Below, piece after piece: positions 1 to 9,273 of a stretch of 59,635 nt of DNA (positions within the stretch are counted from its first letter, which is position 1; every line of letters begins with the position of its first letter). This DNA comes from an uncultured virus (IMG/VR IMGVR_UViG_3300031851_003771) (lineage: Duplodnaviria > Heunggongvirae > Uroviricota > Caudoviricetes). The notes beneath the pieces are model-generated. The model was not told the DNA's origin. It was given only the letters and a program-made list of their open reading frames with translations, and did no database searches. The stretch lies in IMG/VR virus record IMGVR_UViG_3300031851_003771. One strand, 5' to 3'. The position numbers and the translations under genes were made by a program.

Positions 1-1148
1 TCAGAACCTTGTAACTTCGCCGCCATTCTATCAAGGTATACAGCTATCTCATCATCTTTTGCTAGTTTACCTACTAAATTTAATCTTGCGGCAATCTTTG
101 TTCTATCGTTAATGAAACGTATTGGCATATCTGTGATGTCAATCGGTTTAGGTGGCATCATCTCAATTGGTTGAGATAGTTTATTTTGTACTGCACCTCT
201 TAACTTGTCTAAAGTATTCTCTTCATCGTGTATTTCATTTATCATTGGAATCAACTCCTGAATTCTGTTATCCACATTAGTTACTGTGAACTTTTCTTTC
301 ATACTGTTAATTGCATCTGGAGTTATCTCTGCATTCACTTTTGCTACAAAGTTTTCAGTATAATTTTTATAACCTTCCACTGATGTAATTCTTTTAATCA
401 TTTCTCTTAATCTATCTTGCCTTACTAACATACTGCTCATCACTGATGCCGCTTGTTCTTGTACAGCTGGAGATCTTCTCATAATGGTTAAGACTTCTCT
501 GATTTTGCTTAACTGTTCACTCATATTAATAACAGACTGTCCAACTTCATCGTATGGTGTTCCGCCTGACTGTACGTGACGTGTCATTGCTCTTGCACCA
601 TTCAAGTGAATGAAAGGATATTTAAATCTTTCACCGTCTACATTCTCAATGTATAATGCTGAGATGTTTCTTGATCTTGAACCAGGAACTTCTTCGTTAA
701 CTGGCTTACGGTGTTTGATTAATAATTTTGCGTTTTCTAACTTTTGCGAACTAGTTTTTACTGTTCCAACTAAACCGCTAAGGCTTTCTGTTTGTATATT
801 GTCTGTCATAGTATTTGTATTTAACCTAAATGCATAATTTTTGGGCTTTATTTCTCTACCAAATTCTCTTAAATCAAAGTCTAATAGACTAGTTTTTGAT
901 AAATTTCTTAATAAATCCACTATTTTTTGTATTTCATTAATATCTGATGGTCCTTTGTGCATCTTAATTTCACCATTCTTATCGTCTAAATTGACCATAA
1001 TGTTAGGATTTTGCACATAAAAAAACCTTGCCTGTTCAGGATTAGCAACTTCGCCACCCTCTTGATTATCAAACATTTTCAAAGATAACCCAGAGCCTTT
1101 TAATACTCTAAATATTTTTTCTGCTACTGATTGATAATTCACTGCCAT
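1..1148 (-). CDS. Phage hypothetical protein, 3' end truncated by the window edge (probable late protein)
   Basis: Not in the ORF track because it has no stop in the window. ATG at 1148 gives MAVNYQSVAEKIFRVLKGSG...ENVDGERFKYPFIHLNGARAMTRHVQSGG.... TATAAATA (1154-1161) lies 5 nt upstream of the ATG. Confidence 0.8.
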   Translation of the reverse strand, partial: MAVNYQSVAEKIFRVLKGSGLSLKMFDNQEGGEVANPEQARFFYVQNPNIMVNLDDKNGEIKMHKGPSDINEIQKIVDLLRNLSKTSLLDFDLREFGREIKPKNYAFRLNTNTMTDNIQTESLSGLVGTVKTSSQKLENAKLLIKHRKPVNEEVPGSRSRNISALYIENVDGERFKYPFIHLNGARAMTRHVQSGGTPYDEVGQSVINMSEQLSKIREVLTIMRRSPAVQEQAASVMSSMLVRQDRLREMIKRITSVEGYKNYTENFVAKVNAEITPDAINSMKEKFTVTNVDNRIQELIPMINEIHDEENTLDKLRGAVQNKLSQPIEMMPPKPIDITDMPIRFINDRTKIAARLNLVGKLAKDDEIAVYLDRMAAKLQGS

Positions 1149-1166
1149 AGTATTATTTATACCTTT

Positions 1167-2777
1167 CTATATAATCATAGGCATTGGTGCATTACCTGGT
1201 GTATCATCATCAAGTTCATCACCTACTCCTAAACTTTTTTCAAATATTGGATCATATTTTGTTAGGTACTGTATTATTCTGCAACACAATAATGTTGCTG
1301 ATACTAGGTCATCATTTTCACCTACTTTTGCTGAATATGTGTTTCCACGTGCCACAAACAATTTTAATTCTCTAATCAAATTCCTACTGTTAAGAACCAT
1401 CTTACCACTTTCAACATAGTGTTTTAATTTAGTACAAGCTGTGATTTTAGCTTTGTGTGTGGTATTATATCCTTTACGTTTATGTGCATCTCTTCTTTGT
1501 TGACCAGCACGCCTAGGCTCGTGTAAAAAGAAACCAGGAAATCTAGATTCATCCATTTCTTCAATTGATATAATTGCACCTTCACCTAATGCATTATTCT
1601 CAACTGTCCAATATATTTCAGGTTGTGGTGTTCCGAGATCTATAAGTTGTTGGTTGAGGTCTTTTAAAATTCCTAATAATGTTCTTACTTGTCCTTGGAT
1701 TGGAGTTTTATTATGTTGCCATTCTGCTACTTGTTTTAATTCAGGCACACTATAAACTTGTATTGCCGCAAAGTCTCCGCCTGTACCTAAACTTGGATCA
1801 AGTGCCGCAACATATGTCTGACCTTTTTTAGGTTTTTCATACCAACGTACTTGTCCTGTCTTGTATAAAGGATCTTTTCCTGCAATTGATACTAATTTTA
1901 ATCCGTCAATTAGTGTTTCGTCAAATGCAATAAACTCGCAGTCGTGTTCACGTCTAAATCTTTCTTCACCTATTCTTGCACGTTCATCTTTAGCCCATTG
2001 TTCATCTCTGTCTGGGTGTTCACTCCAATGTACACCAATAGCTCTAAAACCATTAATACCGGTACCATCTCTAGTAGGTTGACCATACTCATCAACTTTT
2101 TTATTAGCACCTCTCCATAGTCCTGCGAACACATCGTCATCATTGTTTGGTGTTGATGTAATAATACATTTACCACCAGTTGATAGCGTCGGAGATAATG
2201 ATGTCCAAAACTCTTGTGCTTTATTCTGTGGTTCAACAAATGCAAACTCATCCATATAGACAAGTGATATAGACATACCTCTACCTGTTGTTTCTGTAGT
2301 TGTCTGTGCTATAATTCTTGATCCATTATCAAAATCCATAGATCCTTTATTATAACTTGTTACTCCACATCTGATATAGTCTGGACATTCTTCATATGCA
2401 AATCTAACACGTTGCATAATATCTTGAGCACCTTGGTATTTGTGTGCCGCAATTAATATTAAAACATCTGGGTTGAACATTGCATACCATAAAAGAAATC
2501 CTGCCGCACAGGTAGTCTTACCTGTCTGTCTGGCACACATTGCTATAGCAAACCTATTTCCATTATATGTTTCTAATAATTTTTTTTGAAACTCATAAGG
2601 TTCAAATTTTAATCTACCTCTAGTAGGGTGTTGTATCCACATAAAGTTTTCCATAAAATATAGATACCCTATGTCTTTATCTGCAGATTTCTTTAAATCT
2701 AATAACTTCTTATCATCATATTTAGATTTTGAATATGCTTTTTTTGTGAGATTGCCTTCTAAACTTTTTCTAACCAT
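1167..2777 (-). CDS. terL: Terminase large subunit (T4 gp17-like)
   Basis: Walker A ARQTGKTT, Walker B VYMDEFAF, coupling motif ITSTPN, C-terminal RNase H-like nuclease (ALDPSLG, VENN, NDDLV). Confidence 0.96.
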   Translation of the reverse strand: MVRKSLEGNLTKKAYSKSKYDDKKLLDLKKSADKDIGYLYFMENFMWIQHPTRGRLKFEPYEFQKKLLETYNGNRFAIAMCARQTGKTTCAAGFLLWYAMFNPDVLILIAAHKYQGAQDIMQRVRFAYEECPDYIRCGVTSYNKGSMDFDNGSRIIAQTTTETTGRGMSISLVYMDEFAFVEPQNKAQEFWTSLSPTLSTGGKCIITSTPNNDDDVFAGLWRGANKKVDEYGQPTRDGTGINGFRAIGVHWSEHPDRDEQWAKDERARIGEERFRREHDCEFIAFDETLIDGLKLVSIAGKDPLYKTGQVRWYEKPKKGQTYVAALDPSLGTGGDFAAIQVYSVPELKQVAEWQHNKTPIQGQVRTLLGILKDLNQQLIDLGTPQPEIYWTVENNALGEGAIISIEEMDESRFPGFFLHEPRRAGQQRRDAHKRKGYNTTHKAKITACTKLKHYVESGKMVLNSRNLIRELKLFVARGNTYSAKVGENDDLVSATLLCCRIIQYLTKYDPIFEKSLGVGDELDDDTPGNAPMPMII

Positions 2778-2797
2778 ACTAGTATTTATGTACGTAT

Positions 2798-3241
2798 TTA
2801 ATGATTATTGATAAACGACAGTATTTGTACCTTATTTTCATTAGTTGTACATACATTAATAAAGTTTGTTAAGAAATCAAAATGGTTCCTTAGGTCTAAA
2901 AATAACTTATCGTTTAAACGATCACGTGCTAGGTCGTAACTAGTCTTACCAATATTGGAAAAATAATCTTGCGTTAATCCTTTTCTATTTCCATACTCAG
3001 GAAACACACCGACTGTAAACAAACAGGTATCACCTAACTGCTTGGCTCTAAATCCATATGGTCTATCTAATTGTAGATAACTTTCTGCAAAACTATTTTG
3101 AGGTAAGAAACTTGTTTTGTCAATATGAGAAGCAAGTAGCATTGTGACATATGCCTCAATTTCAAAGGGTAAATCATATCCGTATTTGTCTTGTGTTTCT
3201 TTTACAACCGTATAAAAAACAGAGCGATAACTCTCTTGCAT
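2798..3241 (-). CDS. Hypothetical protein
   Basis: 147-aa ORF with TAAATA 5 nt upstream of the ATG; no motif recognised. Confidence 0.75.
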   Translation of the reverse strand: MQESYRSVFYTVVKETQDKYGYDLPFEIEAYVTMLLASHIDKTSFLPQNSFAESYLQLDRPYGFRAKQLGDTCLFTVGVFPEYGNRKGLTQDYFSNIGKTSYDLARDRLNDKLFLDLRNHFDFLTNFINVCTTNENKVQILSFINNH

Positions 3242-3326
3242 AAAAATATTTACACTTAAAATAATTTCCGTTAACAGACGTGTTATAATTTATTTTATGC
3301 TGTAAATACTATTAGGGGGAACATTA

Positions 3327-3638
3327 ATGGACTGGCTTAACAAATTTAATATATGGGTCGAAGAATCTTTTACTTTTTCTGGTAGCAAAAAAGTAGTAAA
3401 AGATAAGTGGAAATCTGTAAAGAAAAGATCTCCTAAAGTTCCAGACTATACTTGTCCAATTATTGATGACGTATTAGATACGTTAAGTTCAGACCCAAAA
3501 ATGTCAGCCAAACTGTTTCGTAAAATAAAATCTAAAATGGAAAGACTGCGAAGACAAAATGACAAGTTAAGAGAGTCAGGTATATACTGGTACGGTATTT
3601 GCAAAAAAAATTTTAATAAAGTTACTAGAGACGACTAG
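3327..3638 (+). CDS. Hypothetical basic protein
   Basis: 103-aa ORF preceded by TAAATA and an AGGGGA SD-like sequence. Confidence 0.7.
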   Translation: MDWLNKFNIWVEESFTFSGSKKVVKDKWKSVKKRSPKVPDYTCPIIDDVLDTLSSDPKMSAKLFRKIKSKMERLRRQNDKLRESGIYWYGICKKNFNKVTRDD

Positions 3639-3685
3639 TGTATTAGACAATTTATATATTGTATGTGTATTAGACAATTTATATA
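3638..3685. repeat. 21-bp perfect direct repeat GTGTATTAGACAATTTATATA x2
   Basis: Copies at 3638-3658 and 3665-3685, between two convergent genes. Confidence 0.9.
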
Positions 3686-4992
3686 AATGAATAATTTACA
3701 AATGTATTAGTAAAATTTTTATTACGTCTTCGGTCAATCTCTTGGAAAAACTTCGAACAATCTTTCAACCTATTGTTCGTTTCACGTTTGCCCAGCTGTG
3801 TTTCTACAAAGTAGTTTCTTAGCCTTGTAACATAGTTCAATTCGTTTGGTTGTGTATCTGGTTGTTCACTTACATACTTGACCACATCATCAAATTTAGC
3901 TATCCAGTAATCTGTCTTTGGTAAAGTAAGAACGTTTAAAAAACTAGGGCTATGCAATATGCTGACCCCATACGTAACACCGCTATAAGCACGTTTTAAG
4001 CTGTATACATCCGTCAACAACTGCTTCTGGGTGTCTATGCTTAACATATTTGCGGTCACCATTATATGCAAGGATATGCCGGTTCTAAGCACCATTTTAC
4101 AATGCTCTAACCACTTGCTGTACACCATTCCTTCTCTTATGTATTCTGCCTGTTCTCCGGCACAGTCACAGCTAGTGTGTATCATTGCTTCCTTGATGCA
4201 ACCCTCCTTCTTTAACTTCTTCAGCCTATGGCACGTGTCTATTATTGTTTCAGCTGATATGGAAAGATTGCTGTTTATCTCTAGACGCAGATGTGGTTGT
4301 GGATCTTTTTCCAGGTCGTCTAACAGCTTGAAAGTGTTCTTGTTCAGCAATGGTTCTCCACCTGTTATCCTCAACACCTGTAACGTTTTCTTCAGTTCAG
4401 GCCACCATTTCCACCAGGCTTCCACGTAGGGATTTTCTTCTCTGTTGAGATAGGGTGTCCTTTCCGTTTCGGCAATCCACTCTAGGTTGTTATAACTGTC
4501 CTTGGTAGGGTATGCTCCTTCGTGCTTGATTTCACTCCACCATTCACTGCTGAACACAGGACTGCAATACACACATTTCATATTGCACACGTTACCGAAG
4601 CTGACTTCGACCTGTGCTGGGTTTGTGTTTATATGCCAAGGTTGCGACTTCACTTGATCAAAATAAGGCATAGCCCAGGTGCTGTTGCTGGATTTCTTTA
4701 TTCTGTCGCTGTGGTGTTTGCCTTTGCTGTCTTCTACCTTCCAACAGTAGCTACATTCATCAGGACGTTTGCCTTCCAGCATCAGCTTACGTTGTTGCTT
4801 CTTGTATTCTGTGTTGTGCAAAGCACTGGGATTGTCTTTGATTTCTTCTAATGGAATCTTATGTGTCTGTGGATGGTGACAACTGTGTGTATGTCCATTT
4901 TGTAGATGTATTGTGACCTGTTGCCATTTGGCCAAACAAAAAGACGGAGATACTGAGTCTAATTGCTTTTTTGTTTTTTCAAACTTTTCCAT
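3679..4992 (-). CDS. Radical SAM protein with N-terminal Cys-rich (SPASM/Twitch-like) region
   Basis: CxxxCxxC motif CNMKCVYC, GGEP motif (ITGGEPLL), extra N-terminal Cys motifs (FCLAKW, SCHH, CSYCW). Confidence 0.9.
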   Translation of the reverse strand: MEKFEKTKKQLDSVSPSFCLAKWQQVTIHLQNGHTHSCHHPQTHKIPLEEIKDNPSALHNTEYKKQQRKLMLEGKRPDECSYCWKVEDSKGKHHSDRIKKSSNSTWAMPYFDQVKSQPWHINTNPAQVEVSFGNVCNMKCVYCSPVFSSEWWSEIKHEGAYPTKDSYNNLEWIAETERTPYLNREENPYVEAWWKWWPELKKTLQVLRITGGEPLLNKNTFKLLDDLEKDPQPHLRLEINSNLSISAETIIDTCHRLKKLKKEGCIKEAMIHTSCDCAGEQAEYIREGMVYSKWLEHCKMVLRTGISLHIMVTANMLSIDTQKQLLTDVYSLKRAYSGVTYGVSILHSPSFLNVLTLPKTDYWIAKFDDVVKYVSEQPDTQPNELNYVTRLRNYFVETQLGKRETNNRLKDCSKFFQEIDRRRNKNFTNTFVNYSFI

Positions 4993-5002
4993 TCATTTTA
5001 AA

Positions 5003-5548
5003 TTAAACGTCGACGCCGGCCGCTCGTGAAATATCTAATGCTGTTTTCTTGAGTGCCTGTCCAAATCCACCTGCTCTTCTTTTAGTGGCCAGTTTGGCTA
5101 ATATCTCTAATATAACTTTTTTAGTTATTAAAAGCACAGTAACGTCATCGGCACTGTTGACTTTGTCTTCTAAATCAGAGAATGCATCGCCGGCCGGTAT
5201 TGCAGATAAAGACTGTTTGACATTCTCAATATTAGCTGTAGATACAAGGTCTTGTATTACTTGAGGCGTATACTTAACTATTCCTTTGACACCAACGTTC
5301 TTAACTTTTGCTACTAGATCATCAACATCACTTGTTGCAACAATCTTTCCATACTCGGCTCTGCTTCTTCCAATCCTGAAAGTAGTACCAACTGCTTGTT
5401 GAAATATTGGATTTTGTATTAAGTTTGATCTTGCACCAGATGAGGCTAATTCGGATTGTCCACTTTTAATTATAGCGCCGTGCTCACGTGCTATTGCTTG
5501 TAGAATTTTCGGATCTACTGCTTCTTCTAGTCCTGATTTTTCAGTCTT
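5003..5548 (-). CDS. Start-less 181-codon reading frame; probable -1 frameshift extension of the 5527..6024 gene
   Basis: Frame is open from 5593 to TAA at 5003-5005 with no ATG. It begins at the A9 run (5547-5555) and reads KTEKSGLEEAVDPKILQAIAREHG...ALDISRAAGVDV*. Confidence 0.7.
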   Translation of the reverse strand, partial: KTEKSGLEEAVDPKILQAIAREHGAIIKSGQSELASSGARSNLIQNPIFQQAVGTTFRIGRSRAEYGKIVATSDVDDLVAKVKNVGVKGIVKYTPQVIQDLVSTANIENVKQSLSAIPAGDAFSDLEDKVNSADDVTVLLITKKVILEILAKLATKRRAGGFGQALKKTALDISRAAGVDV

Positions 5549-6024
5549 TTTTTTTCTAAGTCGCTGTCTGCTATAAACTGATCGTATTCTTCTTTAAGTT
5601 TTACGAAACGTGCTTCTGCTTCTTCATTAACTTCTTCAGTTTGTTTGCTTTCATCTGCTAAACCGTTGTCACCGTGTCTAGCTGGAACATATTTAAACTT
5701 CTTAGATTTTTTAACTGATGTTGAAAAATCGTCTTGTTTAAAATGGCCTGGACCTGTAGGAAAATATTGTTCATTGTCTTCCATCATTGATACCTCTGCG
5801 TGTAAGTCGTCTTGTTTAAGAGCATTTTCAACTTCGTGTTGTGTTGCTGTAGTAACAACTTCAACTGCTCCTCTATTAAATTCGTTTTGATCAACTGATG
5901 CGTCTTTGATGCCACCTTGTTTTAAAGCAAACTCAATCGATGGTGCGATTGATCTATCGTCATCAAGATCGAAATCTCCTAAATCATCAACTATTATGTT
6001 ATATGTTTGTGCTTTAGGTTCCAT
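5527..6024 (-). CDS. Acidic hypothetical protein (possible head-associated protein), short form of a frameshifted gene
   Basis: 165-aa ORF, D/E-rich, directly downstream of 6027..6671; ends GAA AAA AAA AGA ... TAG. Confidence 0.8.
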   Translation of the reverse strand: MEPKAQTYNIIVDDLGDFDLDDDRSIAPSIEFALKQGGIKDASVDQNEFNRGAVEVVTTATQHEVENALKQDDLHAEVSMMEDNEQYFPTGPGHFKQDDFSTSVKKSKKFKYVPARHGDNGLADESKQTEEVNEEAEARFVKLKEEYDQFIADSDLEKKRLKNQD

Positions 6025-6026
6025 AA

Positions 6027-6671
6027 TTATTTCTTCATTGGCTTCCTGTTATCTTTTGATAACGGTGACTTTGTTGCAGAATCTTCAACTGCTTTAGTGT
6101 CTGCTTTTGCAGTGTCTGTTTTTGCTTTGACGCTCAAAGGTCCTTCAACTTCTACTTCAGCTCTTTCAGGATCTTTTTCTCTGTTGTCTTGTAAAGTCTT
6201 TAAAAAATTCTCTTTGTGTTTCTCACCAAAGTTTTCGCCTTTGTCATCACCTGCTTCTTCTGGCGTGTATTCTTGGCCTACTCTTGGTTCGTAATCTTCT
6301 TGGTCAGCAGTGTTTCTTTTGATCTCTGCTTCCTGTTCTAATTCCAATGGATCATTTTCACCTTTGACTACAATGTAATCATATGGTATGCCTGTTTTGT
6401 CTGATAAGTTTCTTCTTAACGTCTCAAAACTTACTGGCATTCTAACTACTGCATCAATAATGTAAACTTCTCTATTTCTAATTTTAGTTCCAAAATCTAA
6501 TGGATGCTCTTGCATAATAGTCTTCTGTGGATTGCTAAAACTTACCACATCATATCTCTGCATTTCAGCTTCAATATTGTCTGCTATTGCATCAGATACT
6601 TCTGTTGCTAGTTTAATTCTTACTGGAATTTCTTTTACAGCTTCCGCTAGATAGTGTTTAAATGTCTTCAT
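6027..6671 (-). CDS. Probable internal head protein (capsid-targeting-like N-terminus)
   Basis: N-terminus MKTFKHYLAE resembles the T4 internal-protein capsid targeting sequence (MKTYQEFIAE); TAAATA-N5-ATG late signal. Confidence 0.6.
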   Translation of the reverse strand: MKTFKHYLAEAVKEIPVRIKLATEVSDAIADNIEAEMQRYDVVSFSNPQKTIMQEHPLDFGTKIRNREVYIIDAVVRMPVSFETLRRNLSDKTGIPYDYIVVKGENDPLELEQEAEIKRNTADQEDYEPRVGQEYTPEEAGDDKGENFGEKHKENFLKTLQDNREKDPERAEVEVEGPLSVKAKTDTAKADTKAVEDSATKSPLSKDNRKPMKK

Positions 6672-6675
6672 ACAA

Positions 6676-7272
6676 TTATTTATCCTTTTCTTTAGGTTCT
6701 TCTTCGTTTTTACTTACCTTATCAATGAGCTGATCTAGTAATTTATTACGATCTCCTATAACAAAGCCTTCACCATCTATAACATCTTCGCTTGTTGACC
6801 CTGCAGATTCTTGTTGATCTACACGTTGTTTTTTAAGCTGTAGCTCAATCATACGCAATTTTTTGTCAGCTTTGGCGTTTTTTGCATCTATGGCGTTTCT
6901 CATCATTGTCTGTGCTACTTCAAAAAATTTGCCTGCGTGTCTGGCTTCAGAATTCATACCTAAATCCATTAATTCTCTAAAACTGTTCATTGCATCAGTG
7001 GCATATCCGTCCATATCTTTGTCGTGTGTTTCTAAATCTTTTACTTGAGGCAATGCCTTATCAATCTTCTGTGCAACTGATAATGCTTTTTCTATGTTTA
7101 CTTCACTGTTATTATCACCCTGTATTACTTCTTCTCTGTCGTAGTGTCCTGCTTTGTCAGAATCGTGTACGATAGTTTCTTTTTGATCTTCAGCTTCTGT
7201 TGTTGGCTGTTCATCATTTAAAGCATCTTCCATACTAGGTAGATCAAATGTTTCTTCAAGTTTCTTATTCAT
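6676..7272 (-). CDS. Putative terminase small subunit (gp16-like)
   Basis: Helical 198-aa protein; segment ARHAGKFFEVAQTMMRNAIDAK resembles the T4-like TerS core; lies near terL and gp4. Confidence 0.5.
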   Translation of the reverse strand: MNKKLEETFDLPSMEDALNDEQPTTEAEDQKETIVHDSDKAGHYDREEVIQGDNNSEVNIEKALSVAQKIDKALPQVKDLETHDKDMDGYATDAMNSFRELMDLGMNSEARHAGKFFEVAQTMMRNAIDAKNAKADKKLRMIELQLKKQRVDQQESAGSTSEDVIDGEGFVIGDRNKLLDQLIDKVSKNEEEPKEKDK

Positions 7273-7313
7273 ATCCTAATTATAACACCTTTTTTATTAA
7301 GAGCAAGAGATTT

Positions 7314-7739
7314 TTACTTTATCTTATAAATTGAATCTTCATTTATTACTCTAAATTTCATTCCTTTGCGTTTCGCCCATTCACCGGCCGCTAGCCACTT
7401 TGCTCTATTTAACAGTATAGTAGCTGTTTGATGTGCCGTTTTTGCTTTTTCTAATATGGTTTGATTCTTAGGTTTTATTTCAACCAGTTCAGCGATCCTT
7501 GTTCCTTTTTTGTTTTTATAAACCATAATAAAATCTGGCACGTAATGAGTATACTTTCCAGTCAATGGATTCCTATATGGTATCCTTACTGGTTCACTGG
7601 CCCAACTCAATATAGCTGGGTGGTTATCGCACATTCTCATAAAGGTCAGTTCCCACCCAGATCGATATCGAGGTGATCTAGTACCAGCGTACTTCTGTGG
7701 ATTTTTTGGTTCGTATGTACCTTGATGATATTTACTCAT
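7314..7739 (-). CDS. Head completion nuclease (T4 gp4-like, TnsA-type PD-(D/E)xK)
   Basis: Motifs YRSGWE, WASEP, IPY, YVPDF, VEIKP. Confidence 0.88.
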   Translation of the reverse strand: MSKYHQGTYEPKNPQKYAGTRSPRYRSGWELTFMRMCDNHPAILSWASEPVRIPYRNPLTGKYTHYVPDFIMVYKNKKGTRIAELVEIKPKNQTILEKAKTAHQTATILLNRAKWLAAGEWAKRKGMKFRVINEDSIYKIK

Positions 7740-7750
7740 ACAAGTATTTA

Positions 7751-8197
7751 CTATTGAATTATATGTCTACCAATAAATGCATTAGGAGTTTGTTCTACTT
7801 TTCTTCCAATTTGACTTGTACTGGGTCTATAATTGTTTAATAGTGTTATTCCTAGATCGCTAAATGTTATTTCTGTATCATTATTTAAAAATAGATCCTC
7901 AAAGTTTGTTTCAAACTTCTTCATTGCATCTAAACAAAGTAACGTATATGCATCAACTAATTTTTCACTGTTAACGTGTTTTTCAAATATGCCTTTGATA
8001 ATTTCATATCTTGGACCATTTATCGATTCTCTGATTGTGCTATCAATATTTTCTAATATTGCTGTTGTTAGATTGACTTGTTGACTATTTAGAGGACCAC
8101 CTGTAAATGAATTCGATATTGATCCAAATCTACTGATGACTTGTCTAATACCGCCTACACTTTCAAGTAATTTTGTGCTGTTTCTTTTATCACTCAT
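7751..8197 (-). CDS. Hypothetical protein
   Basis: 148-aa ORF translationally coupled to the upstream gene (TAATG overlap at 8197). Confidence 0.75.
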   Translation of the reverse strand: MSDKRNSTKLLESVGGIRQVISRFGSISNSFTGGPLNSQQVNLTTAILENIDSTIRESINGPRYEIIKGIFEKHVNSEKLVDAYTLLCLDAMKKFETNFEDLFLNNDTEITFSDLGITLLNNYRPSTSQIGRKVEQTPNAFIGRHIIQ

Positions 8198-9252
8198 TAT
8201 GATCGTTTCCCAAAGCTAGTTCCACTAATCGTTGACTTTGTAGCTGTTGCCAAGTCTGCTCCTCCGGCCGGAACTACAAAACTTTTTCCATCTATGTTAC
8301 GTAACTTTTCACCTGTCTTGAGTTTACCTTTGAAAGCCTTTAATTTTGATGCATCCGCTCCACCACCTTTACTTGGATTTATATTAGGTGGTCCGAATGG
8401 TGATAACTCTGATGTTGTATCATTGACTCCACCTTTTTCTTCTTTTTTAGTAATCTTAGGACTTTCACTAGGTGGTGCTGTCATTGTTACACTGTCATCA
8501 AAGTCAGCTGTACTCGACATCATACCTGGAATTAATTCTCCACCGTCTCCTTCTGCTATAGGTACATTGGTTTCTTCGAAAAGTAAGTTCTCAAATTGAA
8601 ATGCTAGATTTATGTTAACTGGCTGTGAAGCAGAATAATCAAATTGATCCATATCCATTCTAGCAAGTCTAGGATGAATTATTCTAGTCTTACTGTATGT
8701 TCCACCTGATATTTGGTAGAAGTCAATACTTTTTAATAATCTGTGTGAAGTAATACCGTGTGACCTCATTCCATAATGATGAGTATCTTTGAACCTATCA
8801 CTGTCAATAAAAACTGATTGTAAATAATTGTGCTTTTCATCGTTCTCTTTGTCCGATGGTGACTCTTTATAAAGTCTTGCATTCTTGTATTCAAATTCAT
8901 ATAAAGTTCTTGCGAACTTCATTCCTAATCCGTCAACAGTGTCATACATTCTCACTGTTACTGGATCGTAATCAATTTTTCGATTGATTACTCTTTTTCT
9001 GTTATACTGATTTATAACGTCTTGTTGTATTGTGAATTTTGGTGCGTCAAATGTGTTGCAAAGAAAATGCAATCTGTCTCTAAATTCTTTAAGATAACTT
9101 ATTCTTTCTTCTAAGAACTCATCTGCCGCGAATTGGTACAGGTTGTATACTAGAACAAACTGATGTTGTTGCCTAGGGGTTGACTGCACGTCTGAGCCGC
9201 TCGTATAAAGTTGAGCGGCTCTATTTGCTGGTTTTAAAACTATACCTGACAT
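8197..9252 (-). CDS. Tail tube-like / baseplate-tube junction protein (gp54/gp48-like)
   Basis: Tube-family pattern (PKFTI..NQYNRKR..YDPVTVRMYD..MDQFDYS..VNINLAFQFE) parallels the adjacent tube gene. Confidence 0.65.
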   Translation of the reverse strand: MSGIVLKPANRAAQLYTSGSDVQSTPRQQHQFVLVYNLYQFAADEFLEERISYLKEFRDRLHFLCNTFDAPKFTIQQDVINQYNRKRVINRKIDYDPVTVRMYDTVDGLGMKFARTLYEFEYKNARLYKESPSDKENDEKHNYLQSVFIDSDRFKDTHHYGMRSHGITSHRLLKSIDFYQISGGTYSKTRIIHPRLARMDMDQFDYSASQPVNINLAFQFENLLFEETNVPIAEGDGGELIPGMMSSTADFDDSVTMTAPPSESPKITKKEEKGGVNDTTSELSPFGPPNINPSKGGGADASKLKAFKGKLKTGEKLRNIDGKSFVVPAGGADLATATKSTISGTSFGKRS

Positions 9253-9273
9253 CTATTAAGTTATAGACTAATA

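Noticed and set aside
1167..2777. Intein or intron in terL (also considered for portal, capsid, gp46)
   Set aside because: Lengths are ordinary, motifs are contiguous, and no intein splice-junction pattern was seen.
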